Shown: positions 36,504-49,537, numbered from the stretch's first letter. The stretch: DNA of 64,000 nucleotides from Squalus acanthias (GCA_030390025.1 CM059433.1:13642001-13706000); one strand, 5' to 3'. Notes: generated by a model not told the origin, from the letters alone. Numbers and translations are program-made.

Positions 36504-37019
36504 CTGATGCAGAGCGCCAATAATTTTCCGTGCCTCTTGGTATATGGTTTCTGAATTCCAGTGAGGGTTTATCTTGTGCAAGGCCTTTGCTAAACGATTA
36601 TGCTCACGCATCCACAATGTGTGCATTGAAGCCAGAGTAAGAACTTCATTTGCTCTACTTTCTCCTGCCAGGAAACATTCTACTCTTTCATTCTGCGTAA
36701 CATTAGGCTCTTGTACACATGGAGATGGTACCTGATCTACAAAAGGCAACAGTTCATATCCGCCATCCTTATATTTTGTGTTCGTGAGAAGGAGGCCCTC
36801 CTTACTTGAATGATCTCTTAGCTTTATTTCATGAACTGGAGTGCTCCCATAGACAGTTGAGGCATCGATAAAGGAAGTTACTGCATTAATCTGTTGTCGA
36901 GAGTTCAGACTTGACAGAGTTTCAAAGACAGCTCCTTGATCTCCTGTTCCACATGTAGGGGAGGAACGATAGAATGTGATGCACTCATTGATTCTGGAAC
37001 GGGAATCGCTTTGAGGCAC
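36504..37019 (-). CDS. TPO: Thyroid peroxidase coding exon (exon 8 equivalent), 516 bp
   Basis: aaacAG / GTtagt. Encodes VPQSDSRS...RQQINAVTSFIDASTVYGS...CFLAGESRANEVLTLASMHTLWMREHNRLA...YQEARKIIGALHQ (ORF track 36390..37019). Confidence 0.97.
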
Positions 37020-37209
37020 CTGTTTGATGAATATTAAAAAATGACAAGGTTAAAAATATCAGCACTACTGTGAATTTTTTTTCTAACTTCCAGTCAATAA
37101 ATCAAAGAAGTCATAACAACACATACTGTGAGTTTACATTTAAAGATCACCTTTTAGATCTTCTGTCTATCTACAGCAATTACCTTATCTCAGTAGTGGT
37201 TATGACAGA

Positions 37210-37760
37210 ACCATAAAAAATTTACAATACAGAAGGAGGCCATTCGGCCCATCATGTCTGGGTTGGCTCTCTGCCAGAGCAATCCAAAACTAATCCAACT
37301 GCTCTACTTGCCCCATATCCCTGAATCTTCCTCTGCTTCAAATGTTTATCTACGCTTCCTTTAAAAGTTGCAATGTCTCTGCTTTAACTACTCATTATGG
37401 TAAAGCATGTCGTGCTCCAACAGTTCTTTGCGTAAACAAATTCTCCTTACCGCTTTCCTCACTCTCTTGGTGACCATTTAAATTTAATGACTACTGACTC
37501 TCCCACCCCACAGAGGAAAGATTCTTTCCCTATCAAAACCCTTCGTAATTTTAAACACATCTATTAAATCATCTCTTGGCTTTCTCTGCTCCAGTTCAAA
37601 TAGCCCAGTATCTCAATTCTCTCCTCATGACTATAGTTTCTTATGCCTGGTATCATCTTGGTGAATCTGCTCACGCTCTATGATTTTAATGTCCTTTCTA
37701 TAATGGGCACCCAAAATTGCACCCAGTGCTCCAACTGTAGTCTAACCATTGCCTTGTATA
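37210..37760 (-). mobile_element. Old CR1 3' fragment
   Basis: acagaaggaggccattcggcccatc 3'UTR and degraded ORF2 end. Confidence 0.75.
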
Positions 37761-38212
37761 GATAGTAAGTGGACAGCTCAAATTTAAACATGTATTTTAG
37801 GAATAACCTGTTTATAAACACCACCTGAAGTCAGTCCCAGAGCTTTTCTTATATAGAAAAGTTGCTCTATGTATGGTGTAAATTAATTATTTTTCCTATC
37901 TCTTCATTGTGCCAGTACGTTGCACTGTAGAGGTACACTGGGTTCAGCAGAATTCGGAGGAGGGAAGACTTGAAATGATTCTGTGGTTCAAAGTAAAACT
38001 CATACAGGATATTTTCTTCAGGCCCATAAGGGAAACAAAATCTCTGTCCTGGAAATGCTCAAGCGAGCCATCAAAGATTGGGTCAGTGGTGTGATCGGTC
38101 CAGATCCATGCTCACCCATAAAACTACCAAAGAAACCTTGAAATTCAAAAACTTCCCTACTGTTGTTCATAACCTAAAGGAGTGCACAGGTCACTTAAAG
38201 TTCTACAAATAC

Positions 38213-38422
38213 CTTTATTGGAAAACAGGGATTCAGATTCTGGCAGGTGTTCCTACAGTCTACTCCTCCCATGAAAGCAGCTTGACTGGTGCTCTGAGGT
38301 GTGAATGCAAAATCATGGTCAACGTATTGGCCCCACTCAACAATGATGTGGGAATATAGATTATCTTCTGTCATATTTGTCTTATTGGCTGTATGTAGAA
38401 TTTTGTTGGTTACCTCTCGGAC
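38213..38422 (-). CDS. TPO: Thyroid peroxidase coding exon (exon 7 equivalent), 210 bp, with distal His
   Basis: tctgacAG / GTattt. Encodes VREVTNKILHTANKTNMTEDNLYSHIIVEWGQYVDHDFAFTPQSTSQAAFMGGVDCRNTCQNLNPCFPIK, including the WGQxxDHD motif. Confidence 0.96.
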
Positions 38423-38956
38423 CTGTCAGAGAAAGAATCTGTTTAATACAGAGACTGGTACACATAGGCTGCATGCAGGTTTTAACATACATTGACATCA
38501 AAAGGCTGATATAATAGCATTATGGGAAAGTGGAGTTAGCCTGAGTTAGAAGTTCAGACAGGCACTTCACTGCAGACAGGTTGCCAAAGCAACAATGATA
38601 AGACCTTCCTTGGAATAGGCCAGTTGGAACATTTAGTGGTATAAGAAGGAAGAACCGGGGTTCGTCTGCCATTAAAAACAATGGCCCGTATTTTCCGATG
38701 CCTACGGGTGTGTAGGAGCTGTGTACACACCCATAGGGACCTCGCAAATGCCGGTTTCAGGCATGCGAAAGCGCATGCGCTGAAAACCGGCACTTCTGAT
38801 CTGTCAAGAATGCTCTTGACAGATCCTCCGCCTGCCCTGGAGAAGGGCCTCTGCGGGTGGAGAGTTCCGCTTTCTGCAGAACCTCCGCCCGCTGAAAACC
38901 CTTAGAAATCTTACGCCTGGTAAAAGCAAGCGTAAGGCTTGCTTTTACCAGCATAA

Positions 38957-41900
38957 TGATATTGGGTCAAAGGATCAGGATAATGAAACAGTTTGGGTGG
39001 AGATGAGGAATAATAAGGGGAAAAAACACTAGTGGGAGTAGTATATAGGCCTCCTAATAGTTGCAACTCTGCTGGAAGAAGTATTAATCAGGAAATAGTT
39101 GGGGCATGTAATAAGGGAACAGCTATAATTATGGGGGATTTTAACTATCATATTAACTGGACAAATCAAATTGGGCAGGGCAGCCTTGAGGAAGAGTTTA
39201 TTGAGTGTATTAGGGATAGATTTCTTGAGCAGTATGCAACTGATCCTACAAGGGGGCAAGCAACCTTGGACCTGGTCCTGTGTAATGAGTCAGGATTAAT
39301 TAATAATGTCCTAGTTAAGGATCCCCTTGGAATGAGTGACCATAACATGGTTGAATTCCATATCCAATTAGAGGGTGAGAAGGTTGGTTCTCAAACAAGC
39401 GTACTGAGCTTGAATAAAGGAGACTATGATGGTATGAGAGCGGAATTGATTAAAGTGGACTGGGAAAATAGATTAAAGGGTAAGACGGTACATGAGCAGT
39501 GGTGTTCATTTAAGGAGTTATTTTACAACTTTCAAAAAAAATATATTCCACTGAGGAAAAAAGGGTGTAAAAGAAATGACAGCCATCCATGGCTAAGTAA
39601 AGAAATTAAGGATAGTATCCGACTAAAAACAAGGACATATAAGGTAGCCAAACTTAGTGGGAGGATAGAAGATTGGGAAGTCTTCAAAAGACAGCAAAAA
39701 GTAACTGAAGGATTGATTAAGAAAGGGAAGATAGATTATGAAAATAAATTAGCAAAAAATATAAAAACAGATAGCAAGAGTTTCTATAGTTATATAAAAA
39801 GAAAAAGGGTGGTTAAGGCAAACGTAGGTCCCTTAGAGGATGAGACCGGGAATTAATGGTGGGAAACATGGAGATGGCAAAAATGCTGAACAAATATTTT
39901 GATTCAGTCTTTACGGTAGAGTGGATGTGTGGAGTTTGCACATTCTCCCCGTGTCTGCGTGGGTTTCCTCCGGGTGCTCCGGTTTCCTCCCACAGTCCAA
40001 AAATGTGTGGGTTAGGTTGATTTGGCTATGATAAATTGACCCTTAGTGTTAGGGGGGATTAAATATGTGGGGTTATGGGGATAGGATGGGATATGTTAGG
40101 GGGAATTAAATACGTGGGGTTACGGGGGTAGGGTGGGATATGTGTACTGTGGGGATTAAAGCAGGGACAGGGTACTGGATTTGGATGATCAGCCATGATC
40201 GTATTGAATGGCGGAGCAGGCTCGACGGGCCGAATGGCCTACTCCTGCTCCTAGATTCTATGTTTCTATGTTTCTATGACACTAAGAATATCCCAACACT
40301 GGACAAACAGGGAGCTCTAGTGGGGGAGGAGCTAAATACGATTAAAATCACTAAGGAATTGGTACTCAGTAAAATAATGGGACTCAAGGCGGATAAATCC
40401 CCTGGACCTGATGGCTTACATCCTAGGGTCTTGAGGGAAGTGGCAGTAGGGATTGTGGATGCTTTGGTAATAATTTTCCAAAATTCCCTGGACTCAGCAA
40501 AGGTCCCGGCAGATTGGAAAACTGCTAATGTAACACCCTTATTTAAAAAGGGTAGTAGGCAGAAGGCTGGAAATTATAGACCAGTTAGCCTAACATCTGT
40601 GGTGGGTAAAATTTTGGAGTCTATTATTAAGGAGACAGTAACGGAACATTTAGATAAACATAATTTAATAGGACAAAGTCAGCATGGCTTTATGAAGGGG
40701 AAGTCATGTCTGACAAATTTGCTTGAGTTCTTTGAGGACATAACGTACAGGGTGGATAAAGGGGAACCAGTGGACGTAGTGTATTTAGACTTCCAGAAGG
40801 CATTCGACAAGGTGCCACATAAAAGATTATTGCTCAAGATAAAAAATCACTGGATTGGGGGTAATATTCTGGCATGGGTGGAGGATTGGTTATCTAACAG
40901 GAAGCAGAGAGTTGGGATAAATGGTTCATTCTCGGACTGGCAACCAGTAGCCAGTGGTGTTCCGCAGGGGTCGGTGCTGGGTCCCCAACTCTTTACAATC
41001 TATATTAACGATTTGGAGGAGGGGACGGAGTGTAACATATCAAAGTTTGCAGATGATACAAAGATGGGAGGGAAAGTAGAAAGTGAGGAGGACATAAAAC
41101 ACCTACAAGGGGATATAGACAGGCTGGGTGAGTGGGCGGAGATTTGGCAGATGCAATACAATATTGGAAAATGTGAGGTTATGCACTTTGGCAGGAAAAA
41201 TCAGAGAGCAAGTTATTATCTTAATGGCGAGAAACTGGAAAGTACTGCAGTACAAAGGGATCTGGGGGTCCTAGTGCAAGAAAATCAAAAAGTTAGTATG
41301 CAGGTGAAACAGGTGATCAAGAAGGCCAATGAAATGTTGGCTTTTATTGCCAGGGGGATAGATTATAAAAACAGGGAGGTATTGCTGCAGTTATATAAGG
41401 TATTGGTGAGACCGCACCTGGAATACTGCATACAGTTTTGGTGTCCATACTTAAGAAAAGACATACTTGCTCTCGAGGCAGTACAAAGAAGGTTCACTTG
41501 GTTAATCCCGGGGATGAGGGGGTGGACATATGAGGAGAGGTTGAGTAGATTGGGACTCTACTCATTGGAGTTCAGAAGAATGAGAGGCGATCTTATTGAA
41601 ACATAGAAGATTGTGAAGGGACTTGATCGGGTGGATGCGGTAAGGATGTTCCCAAGGATGGGTGAAACTAGAACTAGGGGGCATAATCTTAGAATAAGGG
41701 GCTGCTCTTTCAAAACTGAGATGAGGAGAAACTTCTTCACTCAGAGGGTAGTAGGTCTGTGGAATTTGCTGCCCCAGGAAGCTGTGGAAGCTACTTCATT
41801 AAATAAATTTAAAACAGAAATAGACAGTTTCCTAGAAGTAAAGGGAATTAGGGGTTACGGGGAGCGGGCAGGAAATTGGACATGAGGCTGAGTTCGGATC

Positions 41901-42084
41901 GGTCAAGGCCCTGTGGGTGGCGGAGCGGGCCCAGGGGCTGAGTGGCCGGGACCAGCTCCTACTTCTTGTGTTCTTTAGATTTGAGGTTAGGATCAGATCA
42001 GCCTTGATCTTATTGAATGGCGGAGCAGGCTCGAGGGGCCGTTTGGCCTACTCCTGCTCCTATTTCTTATGTTCTTATGTTCTT
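38957..42084 (+). mobile_element. CR1 LINE (endonuclease, RT, 3'UTR) with (TTCTTATG)n tail
   Basis: ORFs 39032..39856, 40141..41606 and 41613..41885; ATAA repeated at the flanks. Confidence 0.96.
39922..40277 (+). mobile_element. 5'-truncated HE1-like V-SINE with CR1-derived 3' tail, nested in CR1 ORF2
   Basis: V-domain tgtggagtttgcacattctccccgtgtctgcgtgggtttcctccgggtgctccggtttcctcccaca; CR1-type gatcagccatgatc...cctactcctgctcc and (tttctatg)n tail. Confidence 0.85.
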
Positions 42085-42579
42085 ATAAGAGTTTAAAAAA
42101 GTAAAAAAAATTTTTTTTCACTCATTTATAATTTTAAAATACTTTTTAGCCCTGTAAAAAACGTTAATTATTTTTTTCAAAAAATAAAATTTTTGTTTAA
42201 AATATTTAATTTAATGTAATTTTAACTAATTTTAAAAACGTGATGGTTTTTAAAAAATGTATTTAATGTTTTAGTGTCTTTTTTCAGTGATCCCCATTCA
42301 TACTTTTGACGGGTCTATCTGTCAAAAGTACGAAAGGGGATTCCCTTCTCCTATTGGCTGGCCTGGCCCACGTGATCCCAGGGACACTTGCGAACCGCCT
42401 GCGCCCCTGGGATACGTGGGCCTCTGCGCATTTCGACTATGGAGAGGCCCAGGAGCGGAAGTGTCTGGACCTCGGGAGCCCTCAGGTAAGGGCGTAGATT
42501 TTTTCCCGATAGGAGGCATCCGCACGCAGGAAGCCTCCTATTGGAAATTACAGGCCAATAGATGCTTAAACCAGAGTGA

Positions 42580-43141
42580 GTAATAGAATAGATTCGATTA
42601 TAACATACGATGATTATACCTGTGATTGTGAAACTATAAGAAATAACGTAATTAATAGTAGGCACGGGATAATGAGGGAATTACTGAATGAAAAGTAACT
42701 GAATGTTGCGAGGTACCAAGGAGTGTGTAAATCATAGATTACAGAAGTTCCAGCTGCTATTGCTAGCTTCGCACCAAAAACAGCAGTGAACACGAAGGAG
42801 GGTCAAGTGACATAATTGCACCGCTATTAGGCTATAAAAAGTGAGAGCAACTTGGTGTGCAGCTTGGACTTAGGACCCGAGAGACCAATTTGAAGGCAAC
42901 TAAGGTTCCATCCAGCGGGCTGACCTGATGGAAGTAATGTGGACATGCAGGACTTGCATGTTTACAATGATTGATATATTAATTTAGATAAGGCTGAAGC
43001 TTAATCTTGTATTTCATAATCAAGTTTTAAAGTTGCTGCAACTAGACTCTCATACTTATTAATTAATAAAGCAAGGTGTTAGCTAGAATTTTAAACTGTA
43101 CACAAAGGGATTTGTTTCCAGGAACCATTTCCTACATTACA
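42580..43141 (+). mobile_element. Possible second solo LTR
   Basis: gtaat...attaca termini, TATA-like ctataaaa near 42832 and aataaa near 43065. No TSD found. Confidence 0.35.
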
Positions 43142-43584
43142 TTATAAAGTCAATTCAATGTAAGTGAATTGCAAATCAATAAATCCTGTTCAAATGAATT
43201 AAAATTAAAATCCACCTTGATTTCAGCTGGGCCTGTTCTTATTGTGATAATTTCTTCAATGCTTGGTTGTTTGGTTGAAACCATGTGCAGACTGAATGTG
43301 TAATATTAAAGAACTGAAGAATCCATTCACTGCCCCTAAAAATGATTAACGCTTTTGCTTAAAGGTGGAAGCTATGGTTGAGCACTTACATGTCTCATTT
43401 CAAAAAACTCAACTTTTGTTTGCCAATTTTCTCATCCTTTCTCCTTTCCCTTGTTGACGGCTCATGCTGTCATGTGGTTCCACAGGCCTTGCCCCTCCCC
43501 ACCCAATCCCCCCCCCCAGCCCCGACCCCAACCCCGCGATATTTCAAACAAGTGGTCACTTCTCACGTATGAATCTGATCAGTA

Positions 43585-43875
43585 AGTGTCATCGGGCTTT
43601 TTGAGTAAGCGGGTTGAGGAGCATCACAGCTCAATGTAATGTCATCCTCATCTGACAGGGACACACACAGGGGTCTTCGGATCGTGGTCAGGAGGGGAAT
43701 TCCTGGCTGATTTCCCCTCTCTGCATGCAGGATTACTGAGGCCAACAGCAGTGCTTTAAGCCCCACTTTAACTGAGATCAGCAAACTTAGTAAAGTCCAG
43801 GGATCAAACCAGGGGTCTTACAGTTCTTCAGGGCTCAGTTCCACACAATGTGGTGTATTTACCCATCAAATCTTT
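43585..43875 (-). mobile_element. Old tRNA-derived SINE
   Basis: Minus strand has B-box-like ggtttgatccc followed by gctgatctcag...ggcctcag...gggaaatcagccagg. Confidence 0.5.
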
Positions 43876-43925
43876 GGGGTGGGTAGACCGACCGTTTCTA
43901 TGCATAATCTTGCTAAAGCACAAAT

Positions 43926-44415
43926 CATAGGAACATAAGAACTAGGAGCAGGAGCAGGCCATTTGGCCCCTCGAGCCTTCTCCGCCATTTAATGAGATCA
44001 TGGCTGATCTGATCTTGGGCTCAGCTCCATTTCCCTGCCCGCTCCCCATAACCCATCACTCCCTTATTGTTCAAAAATCAGTCTATCTCCACCTTAAATA
44101 TATTCAATGACCCAGCCTCCACAGCTCTCTGGGGCAGAGAATTCCACAGATTTACGACCCTCTGAAAGAAGAAATTCCTCCTCATCTCCGTTTTAAATGG
44201 GCGACCCCTTATTCTGAAACTATGCCCACTAGTTCTAGATTCCCCCATGAGAGGAAACATCCTCTCTGCATCTACTTTGTCGAGCTCCCTCAGTATCTAT
44301 ATGTTTCAATAAAATCATCTCTCATTCTTCTAAACTCCAATGAGTATAGGCTCAACCTGCTCAACCTTTCTTCATAAGTCAACCCCTTCATCTCAGGAAT
44401 CAACCTCATGAATCG
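43926..44415 (-). mobile_element. CR1 LINE 3' fragment
   Basis: ORFs 44078..44260 and 44290..44481; gaacataagaa tail. Confidence 0.92.
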
Positions 44416-44997
44416 TAATTGCAAGTATAAAATCAGACATTGTATCCCAGCAGCTACAATGAAGATATGCTTCAATGACACAGGGCAGAGCGACTGTCCA
44501 TAGCAAGGAGCGAGTTTTGAAGTGAGCAGGATCTATTATTTTATTTAACGTTATTATTTTACCTGATCGTGCAACAAAAAAGAACGCATTCAGAAATGAA
44601 ATTATACCCTGTCTACCTTACAGAATTGAACGCCACAGTTCTCAGTGTTGGCTGGCACACATGCTGTATAGGTCTGACAGTTCTATTGATGGCTCAGAAT
44701 TGATGTCCAGGGCTGAAGGTTACGCTTATCCCTGCCGGATTTTATGGAGCCAGTTACTGAGGGAACCCGCTGAGTGGGGCTGAGCAGCGTGTCAGAGCTG
44801 AAATGTCAGGCCGAGGCCTTTAGAAGAGTTATCCACCCGAGCAGGAGACATAATGGCCTCGATGTTAATGTGAAGGCAGCTTCCGAGTGGTGGGGAGGGA
44901 GGTGGAATTGCGGGGGCAGAAGTCAACTCAGCGGCTCGGAATCTGCGACCTCAACGCAACTGTACCAATTCATTTTGAATTCCGGGTTTTGCGTCTC

Positions 44998-46105
44998 CAA
45001 GATGTTAGGCTAACTGGTCTATAGTTTCCTACTTTCTGTCTCCCTCCTTTCTTGAATAGGGGCATTACATTTGCGGTTTTCCAATCCGTTGGTCCTTTCC
45101 AGAATCTAGGGAATTTTGGTCGATTACAACCAATGCATCCACTATCTCTGCAGCCACTTCTTTTAAGACCCTAAGATGCAGGCCATCAGGTCCAGGGGAC
45201 TTGTCCACCTTTAGTCCCATTAGTTTGCCTAGTACTTTTTCTCTAGTGATAGTGATTGTTTTAAGTTCCTCCCTCCCTATAACCCCTTGATTATCTATCA
45301 TTATTGGGATGCTTTTAGTGTCTTCTACTGTGAAGACCAATACAAAATATTTGTTCAAAGTCTCTGCCATTTCCCTGTTTCCCATTATTAATTCCCTAGT
45401 CTCATCCTCTAAGGGACCAACGTTTACTTTAGCTACTCTCTTCCTTTTTATATACCTGTAGAAGCTCTTACTGTCTGTTTTTATATTTCTTGCTAGTTTA
45501 CTCTCATAATCTATCTTCTCCATCTTTATTATTTCTTTAGTCGTCCTTTGCTGGTTTCTAAAAAATTCCCAATCCTCTGGTTTACCACTAATCTTCGCAA
45601 TATTGTATGCCTTTGTTTTCAATTTCATACCATCCTTAAATTCCTTAGTTAGCCACAGATGGTTCATCCTTCTCTTAGCGTCTTTCTTTCTCACTGGAAT
45701 ATATCCTTGCTGAGAGTTAAGAAATATCCCCTTAAATGTCTGCCACTGCTTATCTACCGTCTTATCCTTTAATCTATTTTCACAGTCCATTTAGGCCAAC
45801 TCTGTCTTTGTATCTTTGTAATTGCCTTTATTTAAGTTGAGGACACTAGTTTGAGACCCAAGTTTCTCACCCTCAAACTGAATTTGAAATTCTAACATGC
45901 TATGATCACTCTTCCCTAGAGGATCCTTTACTATGAGATCATTAATTAATCCGATCTCATTACACAATACCAGATCTAAAATAGCCTGCTCCTTGATTGG
46001 TTCCACAACATATTGTTCTAAGAAAACATCCCGAATACACTCTATGAACTCATCCTCAAGGCTACCTTTGCCAATTTGATTTGTCCAATCTATATGAAGA
46101 TTTAA
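44998..46105 (-). mobile_element. CR1 LINE internal fragment (endonuclease to pre-RT)
   Basis: ORFs 45065..45790 and 45791..46183 (ILDLVLCNE, SDH, KSPGPDGLH). Confidence 0.92.
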
Positions 46106-46142
46106 AGAGACAGTGCACAAATGGAAATTGGAGGTGTTCAGG

Positions 46143-49100
46143 ATGGATAGTGGACATAGAGCAAGGGCAGCACCCAGATTCAATCTTCTTCTTCTTAGGC
46201 AGTCCCTCGGAACTGAGGATGACTTGCTTCCACATTAAAAATGAGTTTGCAGGTGACTGATGAGTCCAATGCGGGACCGACAGTCTCTGTCACAGGTGGG
46301 GCAGACGATGGTTGAAGGGGCGGGTGGGTGGGGTACTTGGGTTGACGTGCGCTCCTTGAGCTGCCTGTGCTTGGCTTCCGCTTGCTCCCAGCGAAGAGAC
46401 TCGAGGTGTTCGGCGCCTTCCCGGATGCTTCTCCTCCACTTTGTGCGGTCCTGGGCCAGGGATTCCCAGGTATCGGTGGGGATGTTACACTTTTTCAAGG
46501 AGGCTTTGAGGGTGTCCTTGAAGTGTATCCTCTGCCCACCTGGGGCTCTCTTGCCATGCTGGAGCTCCGAGTAGAGTGCTTGTTTTGGGAGTCTCGTATC
46601 GGGCATGCGGACAATGTGACCCATCCATCGGAGCTGATCGAGCGTGGTCAAAGCTTCAATGCTGGGGATGTTTGCCTGAGCGAGAACACTGACGTTGGTG
46701 CGCCTATCCTGCCAATGGATTTGCAGGATCTTGCGGAGGCAGCGTTGGTGGTACCTCTCCAGTGCTTTGAGGTGCCTGCTGTACATGGTCCATGTCTCTG
46801 AGGCATACAGCAGGGTGGGTATCACTGATGCTCTGTAGACCATGAGCTTAGTGCCGGGTTTGAGGTCCTGGTCTTCAAACACTCTCTTCCTCAGGCAACC
46901 GAAGGCTGCACTGGCACACTGAAGGCGGTGTTGGACTTCGTCATCGACGTCTGCCCTTGTTGACAGTAGGCTCCCGAGGTATGGAAAGTGGTTCAAGTTG
47001 TCCAAGGCCTTGTCATGGATTTTGATAATCGGGGGGTAGTACTGTGTAGTGGGGCAGGTTGGTAGAGGACCTTTGTCTTACGGATGTTTAGTGTAAGGCC
47101 CATGCTCTCGTACGCTTCGGTGAAGGTGTTGACGATGGTTTGGAGTTCAACCTCCGAGTGAGCGCAGACGCAAGCGTCATCTGCATACTGTAATTCGACG
47201 ACAGAGGATGGGGCGACCTTAGATCTGGACTGGAGGCGACGGAGGTTGAACAGTTTCCAGTTTGTTCTGTAAATTAGCTCCACTCCAGTGGGGAGCTTAC
47301 TGAGGGTGAGATGGAGCATTGCAGCCAGGAAGATCGAGAAGAGCGTTGGTGCGATGACACAGCCTTGCTTGACCCCGGTTCGTACGTGAATTGGGTCTGT
47401 GGTGGAACCGTTGGTCAGGATCACGGCTTGCATGTCGTCGTGAAGCAGGCGGAGGATGGTGACAAACTTTTGAAGGCAGCCGAATTTGAGGAGGACACTC
47501 CATAATCCCTCACGGTTGATGCAATGATGCATTGCTGGAATTACTGCTGGTGCAGTCAGGAGCAGGAGGGACATACTTCTCCCCAGCAAGGGGAGGAAGA
47601 AACCTGCTGCTCTCACCAGGAAGGCGTGGTTGGAGATGGCTGAGGAGGTGAGCAACAGGACCATCATGCCCAGGTCATGGATGCAGTGCAGAAAGCCGTT
47701 TAATGACCTCACCAGGTCAGGAAAAGTGAGTACATTTACTGATTCAACTACATCCTCTGGTTTAAGCCATGCACTTTCATTCTGTCTTGCCAAGCGTACT
47801 CCATCACATCACGCCTCACACCCACTCAACACTCAGCACCACCCAGCCTTCGCTTTCGATGCACTTCCTCACCTCCCCATGTATCCATCCATCATTGCCA
47901 CTCACCCCAATCCTTATGCCATGTGATGCATCTGTCTGCTAGTTACCCTCACCAAATGCAGTGAATCCTTCAAGTGAGTTCCTCACCTTCACTCACTCAC
48001 ACGTCTGTAGGAGAAGAGAGCACAAAATGCAAGGGAGAGGGACAGGACTGAAGGTGGGCCACCATAAGTAGTCCAGCTAACTGATGCAGAGGAGGACGCC
48101 CTGGAGAGAAGTGGCACATCTGTGCCCCTCTCAGTCGGAAATGGAGAGACAGGGAGCTCGCAGATTGCTGGCGACAGAATTACATATATCTCTGACTGAA
48201 CCATGAGAAGACTGAGTTTGTTGATTTTCAAAATTGTGACTCTGCCACGACTGAATCAGACCCCTTTCTTTTGTCTTCCAGCGCCTTCAAGTGCTGCATG
48301 ACATCCATGAGCTCGATTTCACAGAGGACCTCATTGCTTCTGAGGGTGCACCATCACAGGACCTACAGCCGTGCACCAGTGGAAAACTCAGACTTTGGTG
48401 TGTCAACTTCGAGAGTTAGTTGGGTTTTCACCTGGTGATTCACACCTCACAAGTGTGGACGAGCAGAAACTGTTGGCAGGGACAGCTGTGGAGATTCCGT
48501 GGCCGGGGGGGAGGGGGGGGCAATCCTCTCCAACCTCTGCTCAGCTCAACACAGATGCTGAACCCTGGGGGATATCGTTGAGAAGGAGAATGCTGGAGGG
48601 GCATCAGTAAATTAACCAGGTACTGACATACGTGCCACGTACACTCTCCACGATAGCGGAGAGGATGGAGGAGGCCGTGGAGGGGATCGGTGGCGCAGGG
48701 AATTGTGAGAATGTCTGCCATGAGGCTTCAAGCAAGGCTCTCAAATGAGTCCATGCAGGCTATGACCACAGGCATACAGACTTTGGATCCCAACTTGTCT
48801 GCTGCCTGAAACAGGATGACAGATACCTTTATCCGTGACCTTACAATGCGTCACTGATCTCCACCAAGGTGGTCTGCAGCAGAGTAGCAGGATTGATGCG
48901 GCGCTGGCCCAGGAGAGGGATTGATGGCGAAAGTGGACATGGATGTGGGAATTTCTCTCAAAGTGCTCCCACTTCTCACCCGATGCCTCCCCGAAACCCC
49001 CCACGCCCCCCACCCACAGTCATTACCTGACATGCTGCTTCCTGCAGGTGGAGAATTTTTTGGCGGGGCCCTTAGGGGCTCTGAAACCCAGAAGGCATAG

Positions 49101-49220
49101 GCCAAAAGCATCTCAGCAGTCAAGATAGGGATCTGAGCAGCCTAAATCTACCTCTGCTGAAGCCACATGGGATGCACCATATAGAAGCGGTAGGAAGCGT
49201 AAGTGCAAGAAATTATAATT
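46143..49220 (+). pseudogene. Harbinger Myb/SANT-like DNA-binding gene relic, split by an RTE insertion
   Basis: MDSGHRARAAPRFN (46143-46184) joins DALLELLL..AVRSRRDILLP...KAWLEMAEEVSNRTIMPRSWMQCRKPFNDLTRSGK followed by GTgagt (about 47526-47730); frameshifted. 3' boundary approximate. Confidence 0.75.
46185..47521 (-). mobile_element. RTE-clade LINE, 5'-truncated, (GAA)n tail
   Basis: GVKQGCVIAPTLF, LQYADD, FPYLGS and CPTC..H motifs (ORFs 46993..47793, 46235..47005); CAAT at both flanks. Confidence 0.94.
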
Positions 49221-49537
49221 CACCAAGGGTATGCACATGAGTTTTTGAAAAAATGTTAAGTTGTTAAGTTTCCTTTTTTTATAAAGCCACATAAAATTTA
49301 TTGAGTAGCACTACTTCCACATCTTGCATCCCGAGTGCCAGCTCGACCTTTCACTTGTTTCATGATGAATGTCAATACATGCCGGGACCCATTGGGTGGA
49401 TGTGCAATGGGTGGATGAGTGGTTGAAGGACTGTTTAATGTAAAGTGTGTGTGGGGGGGGCGGGGGGGGGGGGGGGGTGTGGCGGTGGTCCTGGTGGTAT
49501 ACAGCGGATCACAGGATTTAATTTCTTATGTTTCATA

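Larger units (their letters stand above)
38683..42556 (+). mobile_element. Harbinger-type MITE family B, copy 3, split by a CR1 insertion
   Basis: Left end ggcccgtattttccgat, right end attggaaattacaggcc, TSD AAT; halves 38683-38956 and 42085-42556 join colinearly. Confidence 0.88.

Noticed and set aside
40141..41606. 488-aa ORF as an intact RT gene with a novel N-terminus
   Set aside because: The N-terminus is read through from an inserted SINE tail; the CR1 ORF2 is broken upstream and stops at 41606.
46993..47793. 266-aa ORF as a host gene
   Set aside because: Antisense Harbinger sequence read into a 5'-truncated RTE reverse transcriptase.
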